From Chiloscyllium plagiosum (lineage: Eukaryota), in contig NW_025214449.1 of the NCBI RefSeq assembly GCF_004010195.1, positions 1 through 40,340 on the forward strand: a stretch of DNA of 40,340 bases. Reading direction: 5' to 3'. The position numbers were made by a program, and so were the translations under genes. Shown here one piece after another: positions 1 through 12,825 of the stretch. The notes beneath the pieces are model-generated. The model saw only the letters and a program-made list of their open reading frames with translations. It was not told the DNA's origin and made no database searches. Numbering within the stretch: the stretch's first letter is position 1; each line of letters starts with the position of its first letter.

Positions 1-312
1 TTGGTAGACTGGTTAGTAAGTTTATATCACAAGGGATCCAGGGAGAGATAACCAACTTGATACAAAATTGACTTCATGATTGAAGACAGAGGATGGTGGT
101 AGAGGGTTGTTTTCGAACTGGAGGCCTGTGACCAGCGGTGTGCTGCAAACAGTAGTTCATCATTTATATCAATGATATGGATGAAAATATTGGAGGTACA
201 GTTAGTAAGCTTATGAATGACAACAAAATCGAGGGCATAGTGGATTGTGAAGAAGGTTTTCTAAGAGTATAATGAGAACTGGATCAGATTGGCCAATGGA
301 CTGAGATGTGGC
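1..312 (+). mobile_element. CR1-type LINE ORF2 (RT) fragment, degraded, runs off the left edge
   Basis: Typical CR1 RT nucleotide motifs (agacagaggatggtggtagagggttgttt; agttagtaagcttatgaatgacaacaaaat, an ADDTK-like region). The same motif recurs at 40313-40340. Stops and frameshifts present. Confidence 0.8.
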
Positions 313-1087
313 ATAGAGTCATCAAGTTATACAGCACAGAAACAAACCTTTTGGTCCAACTAATCTGCTCTGACCAGATATCTTAATTCACGGGCGGCAC
401 GGTGGTTAGCACTGCTGCCTCACAGCGCCAGAGACCTGGGTTCAATTCCCGCCTCAGGCGACTCTCTGTGTGGAGTTTGCACATTCTCCCCGTGTCAGCA
501 TGGGTTTCCTCCGGGTGCTCCGTTTCCTCCCACAATCCAAAAACAATGGTGCAGGTTAGGTGGATTGGCCACGCTAAATTGCCCATAGTGTTAGGTGAAG
601 GGGTAAATGTAGGGGAATGGGTCTGGGTGGGTTGCACTTTGGCGGGTAGGTGTGGACTTGTTGGGCCAAAGGGCCTGTTTCCACACTGTAAGTAATCTAA
701 TCTAATCTAATTTGACCTAGTCCCATTTGCTAGCATTTAGACCACATTCTTCTAAACCCTTCCTATTCATGTACTAATCCAGATGCCTTTTAAATATCAT
801 AATTGCACAAGCCTCCACTACCATCTCTGGCTTCATGCTCCACATATGCACCACCCTCTGACAAAGTTGCCCCTCAGGTCCTTTCAAATCTTTCCTCTCT
901 CACCTTAAACCTATGCTATCTAGTTTTGGACACCAACCCTGAGGAAAAAGACCTTGTCTATTTACCCTATCCATGCCCCTCATGCTTTTATAAATCTCTA
1001 TGAGGTCACCCCTTAGCCTCCAGGAAAGAAAGCCGCAGCCAATTCAGCTGTCCCTGTAACTCAGACCCTCCAATCTCAGCAACATCC
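313..1087 (-). mobile_element. CR1-type LINE 3' end, antisense, split by a SINE
   Basis: Reverse complement of the 3' region seen at ~1515-1965 (e.g. tagtcccatttgctagcatttagacca vs tggaccaaatgcaggcaaatgggacta). Confidence 0.8.
392..711 (+). mobile_element. tRNA-derived SINE (HE1-like), well preserved
   Basis: GGGCGGCACGGTGG head, B-box GGTTCAATTCC at 439-449, core tgtggagtttgcacattctccccgtgt, LINE-like tail ending in (TAATC)n. Homologous copy at 23476. Confidence 0.9.
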
Positions 1088-1968
1088 AAGTTGGTGATGT
1101 AGTGGATAGTGTAGAAGTTTATCTCATAGAACACCGGGACCTTGATTAGATGGGCCAATGGTCCAAGGAATGGCAGATGGAGTTTAATTTAGATAAATAT
1201 GAGGTGCTACATTTTGTAAGACAAATCAGGACTGGATTTAAATACTTAATGGTAAGGTCCTGGGAAGTGTTTCCGAAGAAAGAGATCTAAGGGTGCAGCT
1301 ACATTGTCCCTTGAAAGAGGAGTCACACATAGAGAGGGAGGGTGAAGAAGGAGTTTGACATGCTTTCCTTCATTCATCAGAACATTGATTGTAAGAGTTG
1401 GGACATCATGTTGCGGATATATAAGGCCACTTTTGGAGTACTGTGTACAGCTCTGGTCACTCGGCTATGGGAAAATGTTGATAAACTAGAAAGGGTACAG
1501 AAAACATTTGCAATCATGTTGCCAGGACTGGAGGGTTTGAATTATAAGGAGAGGCTGAATAGTCTGGAACTTTTCACACTGGAGTGTAGGAAGTTGAGGT
1601 AATGTTATCAAGGTTTATGAAAACTTAAGGGGAATGAATATCAAAGGTCTTTTCCTTAGGTTGGGGAATTCAAAACTAGAAGGCATAGTTTTAAGATGAG
1701 AGGGGAAAGATTTAAAAGGGACCTGAAGGACAACTTTTTCATACAGAAGGTGGCACAGATATGGAATTAGCTGCCAGAAGAAGTGGTAGAAGTGGGTAAA
1801 ATTACAACATTTAAACAACATTTGGGCAGTGCATGAATAGGAAAGGTTTAGACCAGTATGGACCAAATGCAGGCAAATGGGACTAATTCAGTTAAGGAAA
1901 CCTGGTCAGCATGGACGAGTTAGACTGAAGAGTCTGTTTCCGTGATGTGTGGCTCTATGGCACTACGA
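1088..1968 (+). mobile_element. 5'-truncated CR1-type LINE (end of ORF2 and 3' UTR)
   Basis: ORF 1342-1602 gives LERVQKTFAIMLPGLEGLNYKERLNSLELFTLECRKLR, the CR1 ORF2 C-terminal motif. Ends with gtctgtttccgtg...ctctatg. Confidence 0.88.
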
Positions 1969-3389
1969 TTCAATAATTGTCAATTTAATTGCATGGATTA
2001 ACAATAAAATATATTTAAACCACATTGATGAACCTTCTAGTTATATTATATGAAATTGTTGAAAGGTTTAAAAATCTTTTTTGGTCAAACACATTTGTTT
2101 TTAAGATAAACATAAATGAGCCTTTTGTCCTTTACAGAAGTCACTGAGTAGTTCTGGGATCCTCCTGGTAAATGTGTTACCCGTCAACAAAAAAACAGCA
2201 AACTACATTCTGCAGTTTGTGGAATCTTGGTGTGGATAAATTAGTTTTAGTATTGAACTACAAAACATAGTCAATTTCATTTTTTGTTTTAATCAATGGG
2301 TTACAAGCACTTCTGAATATGGGATTTGTAAATTGCTACAAAAATGCCCATCTTTTTCCCTCCTTATTTCTTTTATTATTTCAATCTCTTGTTTCATTCT
2401 TCTTTTATCTTTGTTTCATTCTTTCTTTCTTCCTCTCTCTCTCTTTCTGTCTCTCTCCTTTCTTTCCGATTCGATCAGCCTTGCAAAAGCTATCACCACC
2501 AGGAGTGCTGCAGCTCAGTGAAGTAGAAGGAGTGTAACTAGCATGAAGAAATGAAGCATTTTTGTCTATGATAGATTATTTATTGGATTTTTTCTTGCTT
2601 GGTTACTTCTAGCAGTTTCTGCAAAGTGCAAAGAATATACATTATGTTCTAATATGCCAGAGTTCCTGATATCTGTGGGCTATTTGCTGCCATTTTCCTT
2701 GCACAGGACCCATCTCACAGATCATTCAAAAGCCATGGAAAAGATCAATGAGGTTTCTCAGAAAAGGGATCAAACCACTCAATTCAATTATAAATATCAT
2801 ATTGAGGACTTGCAGTGGACATGTATTTCACAGCTGTAGCTGTGTAAGAAAATGTCATTTTCAATCCTGTGAATATCTGACCCTTAAATGTTGTTCTAAG
2901 ACATATTATGTTTTGATTCACATATCTAGAATAGAATAGAAATTTATTGTCATGTGTACTTTTACATGAAAATTACAATGAAAAGTTTTGTAAGTTACCT
3001 CATCACGGCACATAATTTAACGACTGAAGTCATACGCAATAATTAAAATTAAGACAAAATTCATTGCCTTTCAGTTAGTGGCTCTTGGGCTCAAGGAAAG
3101 CTGATTAAATAATGATGGAACACACCAAAGATGTAGCCAGGCGAAGGGTTTCAGGCACTTATTTAGGTTTGAAAGAAATGAAATCTGCAAGAAACCTAAA
3201 GACAACAGAGGTGCATGTTGGGGTCATTGTCATATGAGTAATGAGTGGTTGCATTTCAGGGATGAATTTGGTACTGAAAGTTATTACAGGGAGCATCGAT
3301 GCTGATTCAAGCATTTTATGGAGAATAGGAAAGTTTGTAATTTGTGTAAAAATAATCTTTATGTATTATATTTATACATTTATATTTTT

Positions 3390-3730
3390 AGAACACTGAG
3401 TGAATTTGGCATTGTTAGAACCATTATCTGTCAATCATGATGTATTAAATCAAGGTGCCATCTGGCTTTCCACATGGAGACAAATATTCTATTTCACCAT
3501 CAGAAGAAGAGCAGAGAGGTTCTCCTGGTGTCCTGTCCAATGTTTATCCCTTGATTAAATCATCTAAAATAGATTAATTTGGCATTATCTCATTTACAAT
3601 TTCACTATGTGCAAATTGCTTGCCAAAAATTTTAAAAGTGATAGCACTTCAAAAGTATTTAATGGGTTTTAAAGTGTATTGCAACATTCTGAGGTGATAA
3701 AAGGTGCTGTACAAATGTAGGTTTTTCTTT
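3390..3730 (+). mobile_element. Old Deu-domain SINE (SacSINE1-like)
   Basis: gaagaagagcagagaggttctcctggtgtcctgtccaatgtttatccc ... cacttcaaaagtattt ... aaaggtgctgtacaaatg resembles the recalled DeuSINE core and tail. An antisense homologue lies at 7075-7797. Confidence 0.7.
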
Positions 3731-4146
3731 ATTTCTTGAATAGTTCTTGCAATTTATATCCTATACCATGAGGTGTATATTCTCCAGCTACCTGACTGCA
3801 GAGATATTATGATGTATTCCATTAAGGTGCAATGGAGTGATAAAAATTCTGTTCAAATTCTGTGTTTTATTGCATTAACATTTGGGGAATAAAAGATACA
3901 TTTGGGTTCAAAGGGGGCAGGACCTCAATTTTGAGAATGGCGCTGAATCTGAGGAAAGTCATCAAAGCTGGAAAATTGGTGCTTTTTAAAGTAGAGAATT
4001 CATAATAAGTTATACTAATATTTTTTGATGAATCAGCTAATTAAGGCTAGTTGACTCAAACAGATTCCTTCAACCCCTCTATGTTCCAAGCTGGTTGTTC
4101 AGAAATCAATTTCAGTGGGATCAATTGGATATGTGTGTCTATGGAA

Positions 4147-4588
4147 AGGTCACCATTTATTGCCCATCCCTTGGTATTCTGGGATACTGGTGGATCTTGA
4201 TTATACATTAACAAAAACAGAAGTTGCTGGAAAAGCTCAGCAGAGAAATCAGAGTTAATGTTTTGTATCTGTTGACCTATCCTCAGAACATACAGTGCTT
4301 TGATATACCTGCATGGCTTGTGTGGTCACTTCACAAATCAGTAAATTATGTTATAGTGAGACTGGAGCCAAGATAGTATAAACCATTTAATAGTAATTTT
4401 ATTCTCCTACAGGAGTTAAGTGAATTACTTGTTTTTTAATAGTGACCCTATGACTAAAGGATCCTTTATTTTCTTAAATTCAAATTCTGAAAATGCAATG
4501 GTGGGATTTGTGGTCACAACATTTGGATTATTAGTCCAAGTCTCTGGGTTCCTAACCCAGTAATTAACCTAAACTGCACTACTATACC
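4147..4588 (-). mobile_element. Degraded tRNA-derived SINE with a gggatgggcaataaatg-type tail, interrupted by a Penelope-type terminus
   Basis: catttattgcccatccc near 4154-4170. The minus-strand head near 4500-4588 is tRNA-like (ggtatagtggt...aaatcccacc). Confidence 0.5.
4210..4290 (-). mobile_element. Penelope-type terminal fragment with a degenerate hammerhead core
   Basis: aacaaaaacagaagttgctggaaaagctcagc...cagagttaatgttt; the minus strand reads gttCTGAGGAtaggtc. Same family as 14285, 23030 and 37575. Confidence 0.6.
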
Positions 4589-5164
4589 TAAGGTTGTATC
4601 AGCTTGGTGAAAATAGTATGCCCCTTTATTCAGGAGTGGAAGATAGTTAATATTGTGCTCCCAATGATACATTGAAATCCCTACTGATTTGGACTTCAAA
4701 TGAGGCCAAAATAGGATGAGTCTATGATGCTTCATACACTAGCTACTTGAAATGTACCATCCAATATTTTGTCTGTTCTTTGAAAATTCAACTATACAGA
4801 ATCCTTTGTCCATGGAACTGGATTACAAGAACAAACTAACAAATTTGAGCAGGAAAGTTTTAAAAAAGCATCATTGATTGAAAAATTAGAAAAGACAAAA
4901 GAACTCTTAAAAAGATCATTCTGTCAGAGTTTTAACAGGCTGCCTGAATACTGGACTGACTGTACAAATACTGAACCTGAATTCACTTCAGTTTTATTTG
5001 ATTAGAAATTTGCTTCAGTTAACAATTTACAAAACACTTTTCACAGTTCTGATTTATAATGACAAATAGAAAATGCTTCGAAATATTGATTTATATTTAC
5101 TTGCAGGTTCCAGAAATCAAGGGAGCAAATCTATTTTAAATACATAAAGTTACTCAGATGAGAG

Positions 5165-5790
5165 CAGGTCATAAAATCACTTGCAACACAGAAGGTGGTT
5201 CTGGTCCCTGTCATTTTTCCCCCCGCACAGCTATTCAGTCAGTTCCACTTTCCTACTTGATTCCTGTAGTCCTGCATGAATATTTCCATTGGTGAACATT
5301 CAATTTCCTTTTGAAATCACTACCATCCTCCTGGGCAGTGTGTTCCAGATCATTACCCATTTTTTCACCAAGACACTCTTCCTCATATTTTCCTTGTATC
5401 TTTTGTCTGAATCCTAAATCTGTACCTCCTACTCCCTCTACCAACTACCAAAATGAAACAATGCCCCTGTCCACTTTTTCGAAGCCCGCCATAATCTGTA
5501 TCATAATTTATTGATTTGTGAAGTGCCCCTGCAAGCCATTCAGTTATATCAAAGCAATGTATGTTCAAGATCCACCAGTAACCTAGGATAACAAGGGATG
5601 GGCAATAAATGTTGACACATCTCCTCTCTCAAATCTTTCTTCAATCTCCTTTGCTCCAAGGAGAATAAATTGACCTTCTCCAACCTGACCTTGTAATCAA
5701 AATCTCTCCTCACCCCATCCCTGGAACCATTCTAGTAAATCACCTCTGAAATGTGTCAAAGAATTTGACATTTATCCTGAAGTGTGGAGG
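5165..5790 (-). mobile_element. Highly degraded CR1-type LINE 3' fragment(s)
   Basis: caccatcctcctgggcagtgtgttccagatc and catccctggaaccattctagtaaatc are the antisense of CR1 ORF2 end motifs. Confidence 0.5.
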
Positions 5791-6427
5791 ATATTAAGCA
5801 AATATTTAAAATATAGTTTTGAAAATTTCAGCTTATTTCACTTGATGTTCACATTCTGGAGCCCTCCAATGCTGTGTCACTTTGGAGAATGAAATAATAT
5901 TGGGTTCACACCTCCACCATCAATCCCACTATCGGTGTTTCCTTTGATCAAGTGAAAGGAAAGGCGATCTTTTTTCCAGGCAGAACTATTTTGGTTTCTT
6001 GTCAGTCGCTTGATTTACCTGAAACAGAGCTCTGTGCTGCATTACAGTTGTGTAATGACCTCGCCAAGTGGCAGAGAAATGTGCTTAATGAGTTGAAATA
6101 TTGAAGTGGAAACTTGACATGCTGACTTTAACTGCTGGACCGTGAGTCCCGCACTTTACCATTGAAACTATCAATTCTTCAGCCAGTTATTTGTTTCAGC
6201 ATTTTGATCATGCAAGATATTGTTCTTCATTGTGATCTTTCTTTGAATCTTTCAATCTTTCACAATCATTTCCACTGATTTCATAATTTTATTTGATTCG
6301 GACAAGACTATTCAAAATTACCTTAAATATTGTTGTGAAAAAATTTAAGGTCTGACGAAGTGACAATGTCTGAGGACTTATCTTCCACTTTCACTCATCC
6401 AAGGTCTTGCTGCCCATATGCTATTTG

Positions 6428-7070
6428 TCATTCATTTATGGGATGTGGACATCACTGGTTAAATTCAGTATTTATTGACTGCCCCAGCTGTTGATGGTGA
6501 GCTAACTTCTTGAATGGCTACAAACCTAATGTAAATACCTGCATTATTAGGAAGGGTGTTCCAGGACTTTGATCCATTGACAGTGAAAGATCACCAATGT
6601 GACTCCAAGTCAGGAGAATGTGTGACTTGGGAAGGAACTTATAGGTAAAGGTGTTCCCACTTGCCTGTTTCTTCTGGTATAGGTTTAGAAGGCACGGTGA
6701 AAGACACATGGTGAGTTGCTATAGTACATCTTTTTGATAGTATATATTGTTGCCAATGTACTGATTGGGGATAGAGTGAACGTTGAGGGTGCCAATCTAA
6801 CGAGTTGGTTTGTGTTTAATGCTTCTCCCACACATTCCTGCATTGTGGCTTGGTGAACGTGTTTGGGAAGTCAAGAGGTGAGGTAGTTTCAGCTGAATCC
6901 CACCCTTTGACCTGCTCTTATAGCCACAGTGTTTATTTGCTTGTTTCAGTTTTTAATTAATGGTAACCCCATTTAATTAATTCCCCTCCATTGTTGATGG
7001 AGGGGAATTCTGTGATGATAATGCCACTGAATGCCCAAAGGGAGTGATTCAGATTTTCTCTTGCCAGAGA
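6428..7070 (-). mobile_element. LINE (CR1/L2 group) 3' end, antisense
   Basis: Starts ttcatttatgggatgtggacatcactgg...atttattg and continues gggtgttccaggactttgatcc, a recognisable shark LINE 3' end. Confidence 0.6.
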
Positions 7071-7074
7071 TTGA

Positions 7075-7797
7075 AAGAAGAAAAGATTTAAGCAGCATGT
7101 TCTTTTAAACGACAGTCACTGTTGCAATGTAGAAACCAATTTAAATGCAGCATGGTACAACATTTTAAGCAAATGTGGTAGGCTGTTTACAACCAAGATG
7201 AGAAGAAATTTCTTAATCCAGAAAATGGTGAGCCTGTGGAATCCTCTGCCAACAGAAAGTGGTTAAGGCCAAAACATTGAATATTTTCAAGAGGGAGTTA
7301 GATTAGCTTTTAGGACTAAAGGTATCAAAGTATATGGGGAGAAAATGGGAACAGGGTTTTCAGGCTAAAGGTACCAAAGGATGTGGGGAATAAAATGGGA
7401 ACAAGGTAATGAGTGGATAATCAGTCATGATCTTACTGAATGGTGAAGCAGATATAAAAAGGGCCAAATAGCCTACTCCTGCTCCTTTCTGTTATGTTTC
7501 TAAACTCCCACAACAGCAATGCGACATTGAGATGATCATCTGGTATTTGCAATTAAGGGATAAATAATGGCCTGGACTCTAAGAAGCACTCACTCTGTTG
7601 ATCTTCTTAGAAATAATGCCTTGGGACCTTTCCACAAGGAGAACTACTTGATTTGACATTTTACATTGAAGCTATTTTACATTCCTTCAGCAATGCAATG
7701 GAATGCTATCCTTCCACACCATATCCTGGACTGGGACTTGATCCTATAACCTTCACACTTAAAAGTGAGCAGTTGACTAGCTGAGCCACAGCTGACA
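7075..7797 (-). mobile_element. Deu-domain SINE, antisense, split by a CR1 fragment
   Basis: Minus-strand head tgtcagctgtggctcagctag...ggatcaagtcccagtccag. The core aagggataaataatggcc is the reverse complement of the copy near 3535-3550. Confidence 0.7.
7195..7502 (+). mobile_element. CR1-type LINE 3' terminal fragment with an internal ~50-bp tandem duplication
   Basis: gatgagaagaaatttctt...gggccaaatagcctactcctgctcct...tatgtttct; the unit ctaaaggta(t/c)caaag...aaaatgggaaca occurs twice (~7315 and ~7365). Confidence 0.8.
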
Positions 7798-8039
7798 GAG
7801 TGTCACTCTTCCAACACTCCCTAAAACCCCTTGGCAGGAAACAGCCCAAGTAACTATAGCTGTAATGGCTCTCCTGCCCTTTAATGATCCATGGTCATTG
7901 TCCGGCAGTTCCTATAGTGTGAATGTTTCTTTCACTTATCAGCACAAACCTGACTATATTTGCTACAGGTGGGCATGAACTGCTTCGCTATCTGAGGCTC
8001 ACACCAAGTTCCTGCTCCTACTCATATACAGTCCGCCGG

Positions 8040-8452
8040 GCCAGTATGCCTCTGGCTCAACACCCTCAACCTTGTATGTCCATCCTTGTTCCTGTTCCCC
8101 TTCACCCATCTCAAATCTCTTTATTTTGGTAAGCTTTTCCAGCCTTTATTTTGGTAAGCTTTTCAACCTCTGAACTCTATGTCCCTTCAATTCCCACCTC
8201 TTGCGCAGTCTCGATTTCCTTCTCTACTCAGTTGGTTGGACTGTCTCCAGCTGGCTAATTCCTAAGCTCTGGAATTTCCTCCTCAAACCTCTTCCCATTT
8301 CCACCTCTCCCTTTTCCTTCAAGATGCTCCTTCCCACATTACATCTACTGCCAGGCTTTTGGTCATCTCTTCCTGTGGCTAAGTGTCAAGTGCTGCTGTG
8401 GAGTGTGATTTTTACCACATTGAAGGGGCTGTCTAAATGAAAGCTGTTGTTG
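8040..8452 (+). mobile_element. L2-type LINE 3' end, degraded
   Basis: cctaagctctggaatttcctc...tccttcaagatgctcctt, ending in ...taaatgaaagctgttgttg. Confidence 0.55.
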
Positions 8453-8984
8453 TAGCAGTAAAAGGCTCCTCAGTCAGTTAGTGCAGTTACATTACTCTTG
8501 CATTCTGTGATATTGAAAGAAGCCCAGGCGCCCGGTCTGAAAACGGACAAGTCGAAAGTGAACAAGACAATAACTCTCTTTGAATGGGGGGCGTGAAGAA
8601 AAAAGGTAAAATAATAAAAATGTTTTAATTTCTGAACCTTTTGTAGGCCTCCAGTGTCGGTTGAAGAGCCGAATTTCACCTGGTGAGTGAGGTTCACTAA
8701 TTCCTCCCGGTCTGTAACACAATAGGATCGTTTTCTCTATTTGCCTAATTTGTTGTTATTCCAGATAAACTCACTAACGTCCCTCATTCTCACTAAATGC
8801 ACAATAATTGAGCCCAGAATAATTACAAGACAGTCACCTAACACTGGATTTCACATTATGCCTTAAACTGTCACGAAGAGCTGAAAATTCGACATGTTGT
8901 GGCTGACTTTAAATGGTATTTGTTTGTGTACGTATGGAAATTCACCTCCTCACTTTCTCGGGGTTATTCGGTCAGTTTAGGCTT

Positions 8985-9006
8985 TGTGTGTGTGTGTGTG
9001 TGTGTT
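8985..9006. repeat. (TG)n microsatellite
   Basis: Direct read. Confidence 0.95.
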
Positions 9007-10231
9007 TGCCACAGAATGATAGTGGCTTGGACAGGACCACCGTCAATGCTGTAAGTTTATTAAGTAATAACTGCGCCGCTGCAAAGGGGGAAGGTACGGT
9101 CTGAATCGACGGTGTGAACAGCGATCAAGCCACTACTCACGAACCTGCGTCTTTTAATCCCTTTAAGAAATCCTTGATGCTTTAAAACAATCGGGGGAGG
9201 GGGGATGGGCCAGCATTAAGGTCATTAAGGCTGGTGACCTTTTGAATATATAGATAGACGCCAATAAACCTTGCCGAATGTATGAACTCAATCGGTATAA
9301 TTGCTGATTAATATTGAGCTCGGGTGTATTTACATTCACCGCCTCGGTGATTTATTAAGTACAGATTGTGTTGGGGGGGGGGGGGGGGAGAGAGACGCTA
9401 ACAAATACACTGCAGAAATGTAAAAACCACAAGAGTGACAAAGCCGTCCCATCATCCCAGCTGTTAGCAGCAATATCGGATAGCTTTAATTGAATTCCAC
9501 TTTACTGTTCGAAATAAACAATCAAACTGCTCCAGCCTCGGTAAAAAAAACAGTCGTCCAGCGGGTGATTGAGAAAAGCTCTATCGATCAAAGCAAGAGC
9601 CAGTCTGGCAAATTGCCCTCCTAAGTGTATATTTCCAGCGCAAACCAGTTTTTTTTTTAAAAAGTATATATGTATTTCTACATGGGCTGCCCATTCAAAA
9701 CACAGCGTCGGAATAAACTTCTAACAGGAAGTCGAAATGGAAATGCATATGATCTCCAGCAACTGACTGTGAGAATCCCTATCCCCGCTGCCTCTCGAGA
9801 AAGTCAGTTGTATATTTGTTCCTTCATGGCCACTCGTCCTTAGATTAGATTTCTCCTTTCTCATTACCAGTCTTAATAGACCCTTCAGACCTCATTCTGT
9901 CCCCAGATATTATCTGACCCGTATAATTAATTAATTAAACCTAAAATATTATAGATTATTAAAAATAGCATAACTAATAGCGTAATATCTCAAGCTGTCG
10001 ACTTTAATAGTCAACATTGTCTTGCCTGGTCTTATCAGACTTGGACACCCGGTGAGAGTATTGATTCCTGGTAATTTTAACCATCATCGCCTATCATGAT
10101 AGGCAATTGTCAGATTTTGCCAGCGTCATTTAAAATCGTTAACGAACAGAGCTGCTTAGAGTCAATCTCGATATTTCCTCTCAAACAACTTGAAACCATT
10201 CTAGGTATGAGGCGGGGGCGGGAGGGGGTCC

Positions 10232-10251
10232 AGAGAGAGAGAGAGAGAGAG
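10232..10251. repeat. (AG)n microsatellite
   Basis: Direct read. Confidence 0.95.
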
Positions 10252-12825
10252 CAATGTAAGGGAGTTGCGGGAACAGACAAATCCCACAACACATGATCTT
10301 GTGTTAATTCAACACCCCTCCCCTCCCCTCCCCATTTCACTCTCAATAGCCTGTCCGGATCGTCGGGTTTTAATAGATCTTCAGAGGTTTCCGAAAGCGT
10401 TGTTTAAACTTCTAATTATGATCCATGTTGGAGATAATATTAATTTAATAATCAGGGGCTGTGCAGAGAGCATTAACCTCAATTAAGCTCATTACTGTCT
10501 TAACCTGCATTCCCCTGTGTATTTAAATCTTCCTCGTAAGTGCTTGACACTATTGATGGAACCTGATCTGTTGTATGGGCTGGACGGAACGGAGGAGGTG
10601 GGAGTAACATTTTAACACCCCCACCTCAGACCCCCACTTCTTTGCAGGTGTCGTGGGGTAGTAGCCGCCGGCTGTCCCTATATGAAGTCCTGGGGCCACA
10701 CTATTTCCCCTCAGTATTGATTTTTTTTTGTATTTCAGTTATTTTAACTGCTTCGAGCACTTAACACACAGAAGGAAATTATTGACGCGACTGTGCATTA
10801 ATTAGGACACTTTCTCCCACTCAGTTTTTTTTTGTCCTGCTTAAAAATGAATTGATCGTTCTATCCCACTGTTCACCTGTTATTTCTTTGCAAAGTGCTG
10901 AGCCGCCAGGTTGAAGACATGAAATACCATTTCTATGTAGAAATTTTCTGGAGTTGACCTGACTCTTGCTTGAGTATTAACCCTGTTGGGACTGAATCCA
11001 CTGAAGCACGGCATTCAATATCACATTCGGGGAATCCCACAAGTTACTTTTAATGACACTGACAGAATTTTTTTTAAATGCAATTTATTTCTAATTGACT
11101 CCCTTCCCCATGTAGAGACTTAAATATTAAGTTGGAATTTTCTGATAGCACTGAAAAGGTGTTAGTTTGTGCAGTATGTGTAACCGTTAGTTCGGGAAAA
11201 CAAAATTTCCAACGAGTTTTTTTTTAAAAGTGAAAGTTATCATTTTGTCCTTCCTGTTCAACAGCAACTCTGCGCCTCGGATGGATTAATTGTAACGGCG
11301 ACGGCAACATGCAGATGTGTCGGGGAGACCGGATACGGCGTTCTAACAGCAACAAATTACACGGTCCCTTTGGTTCAATTGTGGTTTGAGAAATTATTGG
11401 GATAACGCTTTAAACCACGCCGAGCGATGGGAGCTCCGAGGGTTAATAGGAGGACAGCATCTGGCCATGAAATAAACCTGTTAGATCTTCAATAAAGTAA
11501 ATAATCAGCAGGGGTCAAGGAGAGATATAATAAATGCAATGTAGATTGTCACAGATGCACTGATGTAATTACCTTTCCCTTTCCAGGCTGCTCCACCCCC
11601 TCCCCACTCCCTGCCCCTCCCACTACCATGGATGTTTAGAAATGGTGTAACATTTTCAGAGTGACAACTTATCACTCTCCACCTGGAGCAAACATTTCTG
11701 TTAGCGGGAATATCAGGATTTTTCTTAGTTGATTTCATTTGTAGTTGTCACAGGCACCTGAGTTTTGTTTTGCGAGTATTACTAGTCAGGGGGGCAATCG
11801 CACCCGTGGCATAATTATAGACCATTTAATGTATTAACACCCAACTAGGCGCGTTCTCAAGTTGAGATCTCCAGCTGACTTCAGAAGTTACCAGGAGTTG
11901 TAGGCGCTTGGACAAGTGCGTACCTCGGGGGAAATCAGAGGCTGGGCGGTCCCGCGTCTTATTCTCTACTACAACCTGTGGCACTTTGGAGAATCAAAAA
12001 CATCCGGGCAATGTTCTCTAACACTGAAAGTTTAGAATTCTCTAATCCAACTCCAACACTAACTCAAACACTGTTCTGGGATCGATTCAGCTGCAGTGTA
12101 GAATATTGTTATAAATTGTGCTGAATAACCTCTATCCCCTACTCACTTTACATTCAGAGGAAACTCACATTTCTGTATTTCCTTCCATTTGATGTTACCT
12201 TGCGAAATATCGAATAGCTCCGCTCGCCTCACATTAACTCGAGTTGGTGAAACTTATTTCCATTTAGCTTGGCTCCTTGGAAACTTGCCGTTTGCTAATC
12301 ACAGTATTTAATGTTTCATTATCTGAAACGCGCGTACGTTGAAGTTTGGATCTGACCCGAATCAAAAGTCTGATCAAATTTCACCCAACTCACCGAAGAA
12401 ATAAACAGGCATGGTTTTGTTTTGGGATCTCTTGCAATATTGAAAATACCTCTTTACCTCACAGACTGGATTGATGTGATTTGCTATAACTTGTCCAGCA
12501 AAGCGACAACAATGAATATTATCCACCAATCATCGTCACTCAAAATGAACTGTAATAAAGAGGTCGCCTGTAATCAGTGCGAAATCCAACTCACTTTGTA
12601 AATGTTCACCTCCACGAATGGATGGGCATACACCGTTTGAGTTCGGTCATTTTTTTGTTGTTGAGTTTTTGTTTTCGTGGTCTTTTCCAGAACTGTGGTG
12701 AGTTGGAGAACAGCTCAGTGCTACTGAGCGAGGAGTAATTTGCAAGAAATTAAAGGGTGGTCCCCGTGCTAAAGTTTATCTGGCATTGACAAGGGTCCAC
12801 TGCTGTCCGTTACACCGTTTAATTT

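Noticed and set aside
392..470. tRNA gene
   Set aside because: It is the tRNA-derived head of a SINE, with no cloverleaf, and it continues into SINE body.
2319..2537. Hydrophobic short ORFs suggesting a membrane peptide
   Set aside because: They are translations of a CT-rich low-complexity tract in all three frames.
6351..6380. CTGACGA as a hammerhead core
   Set aside because: There is no stem II or GAAA downstream.
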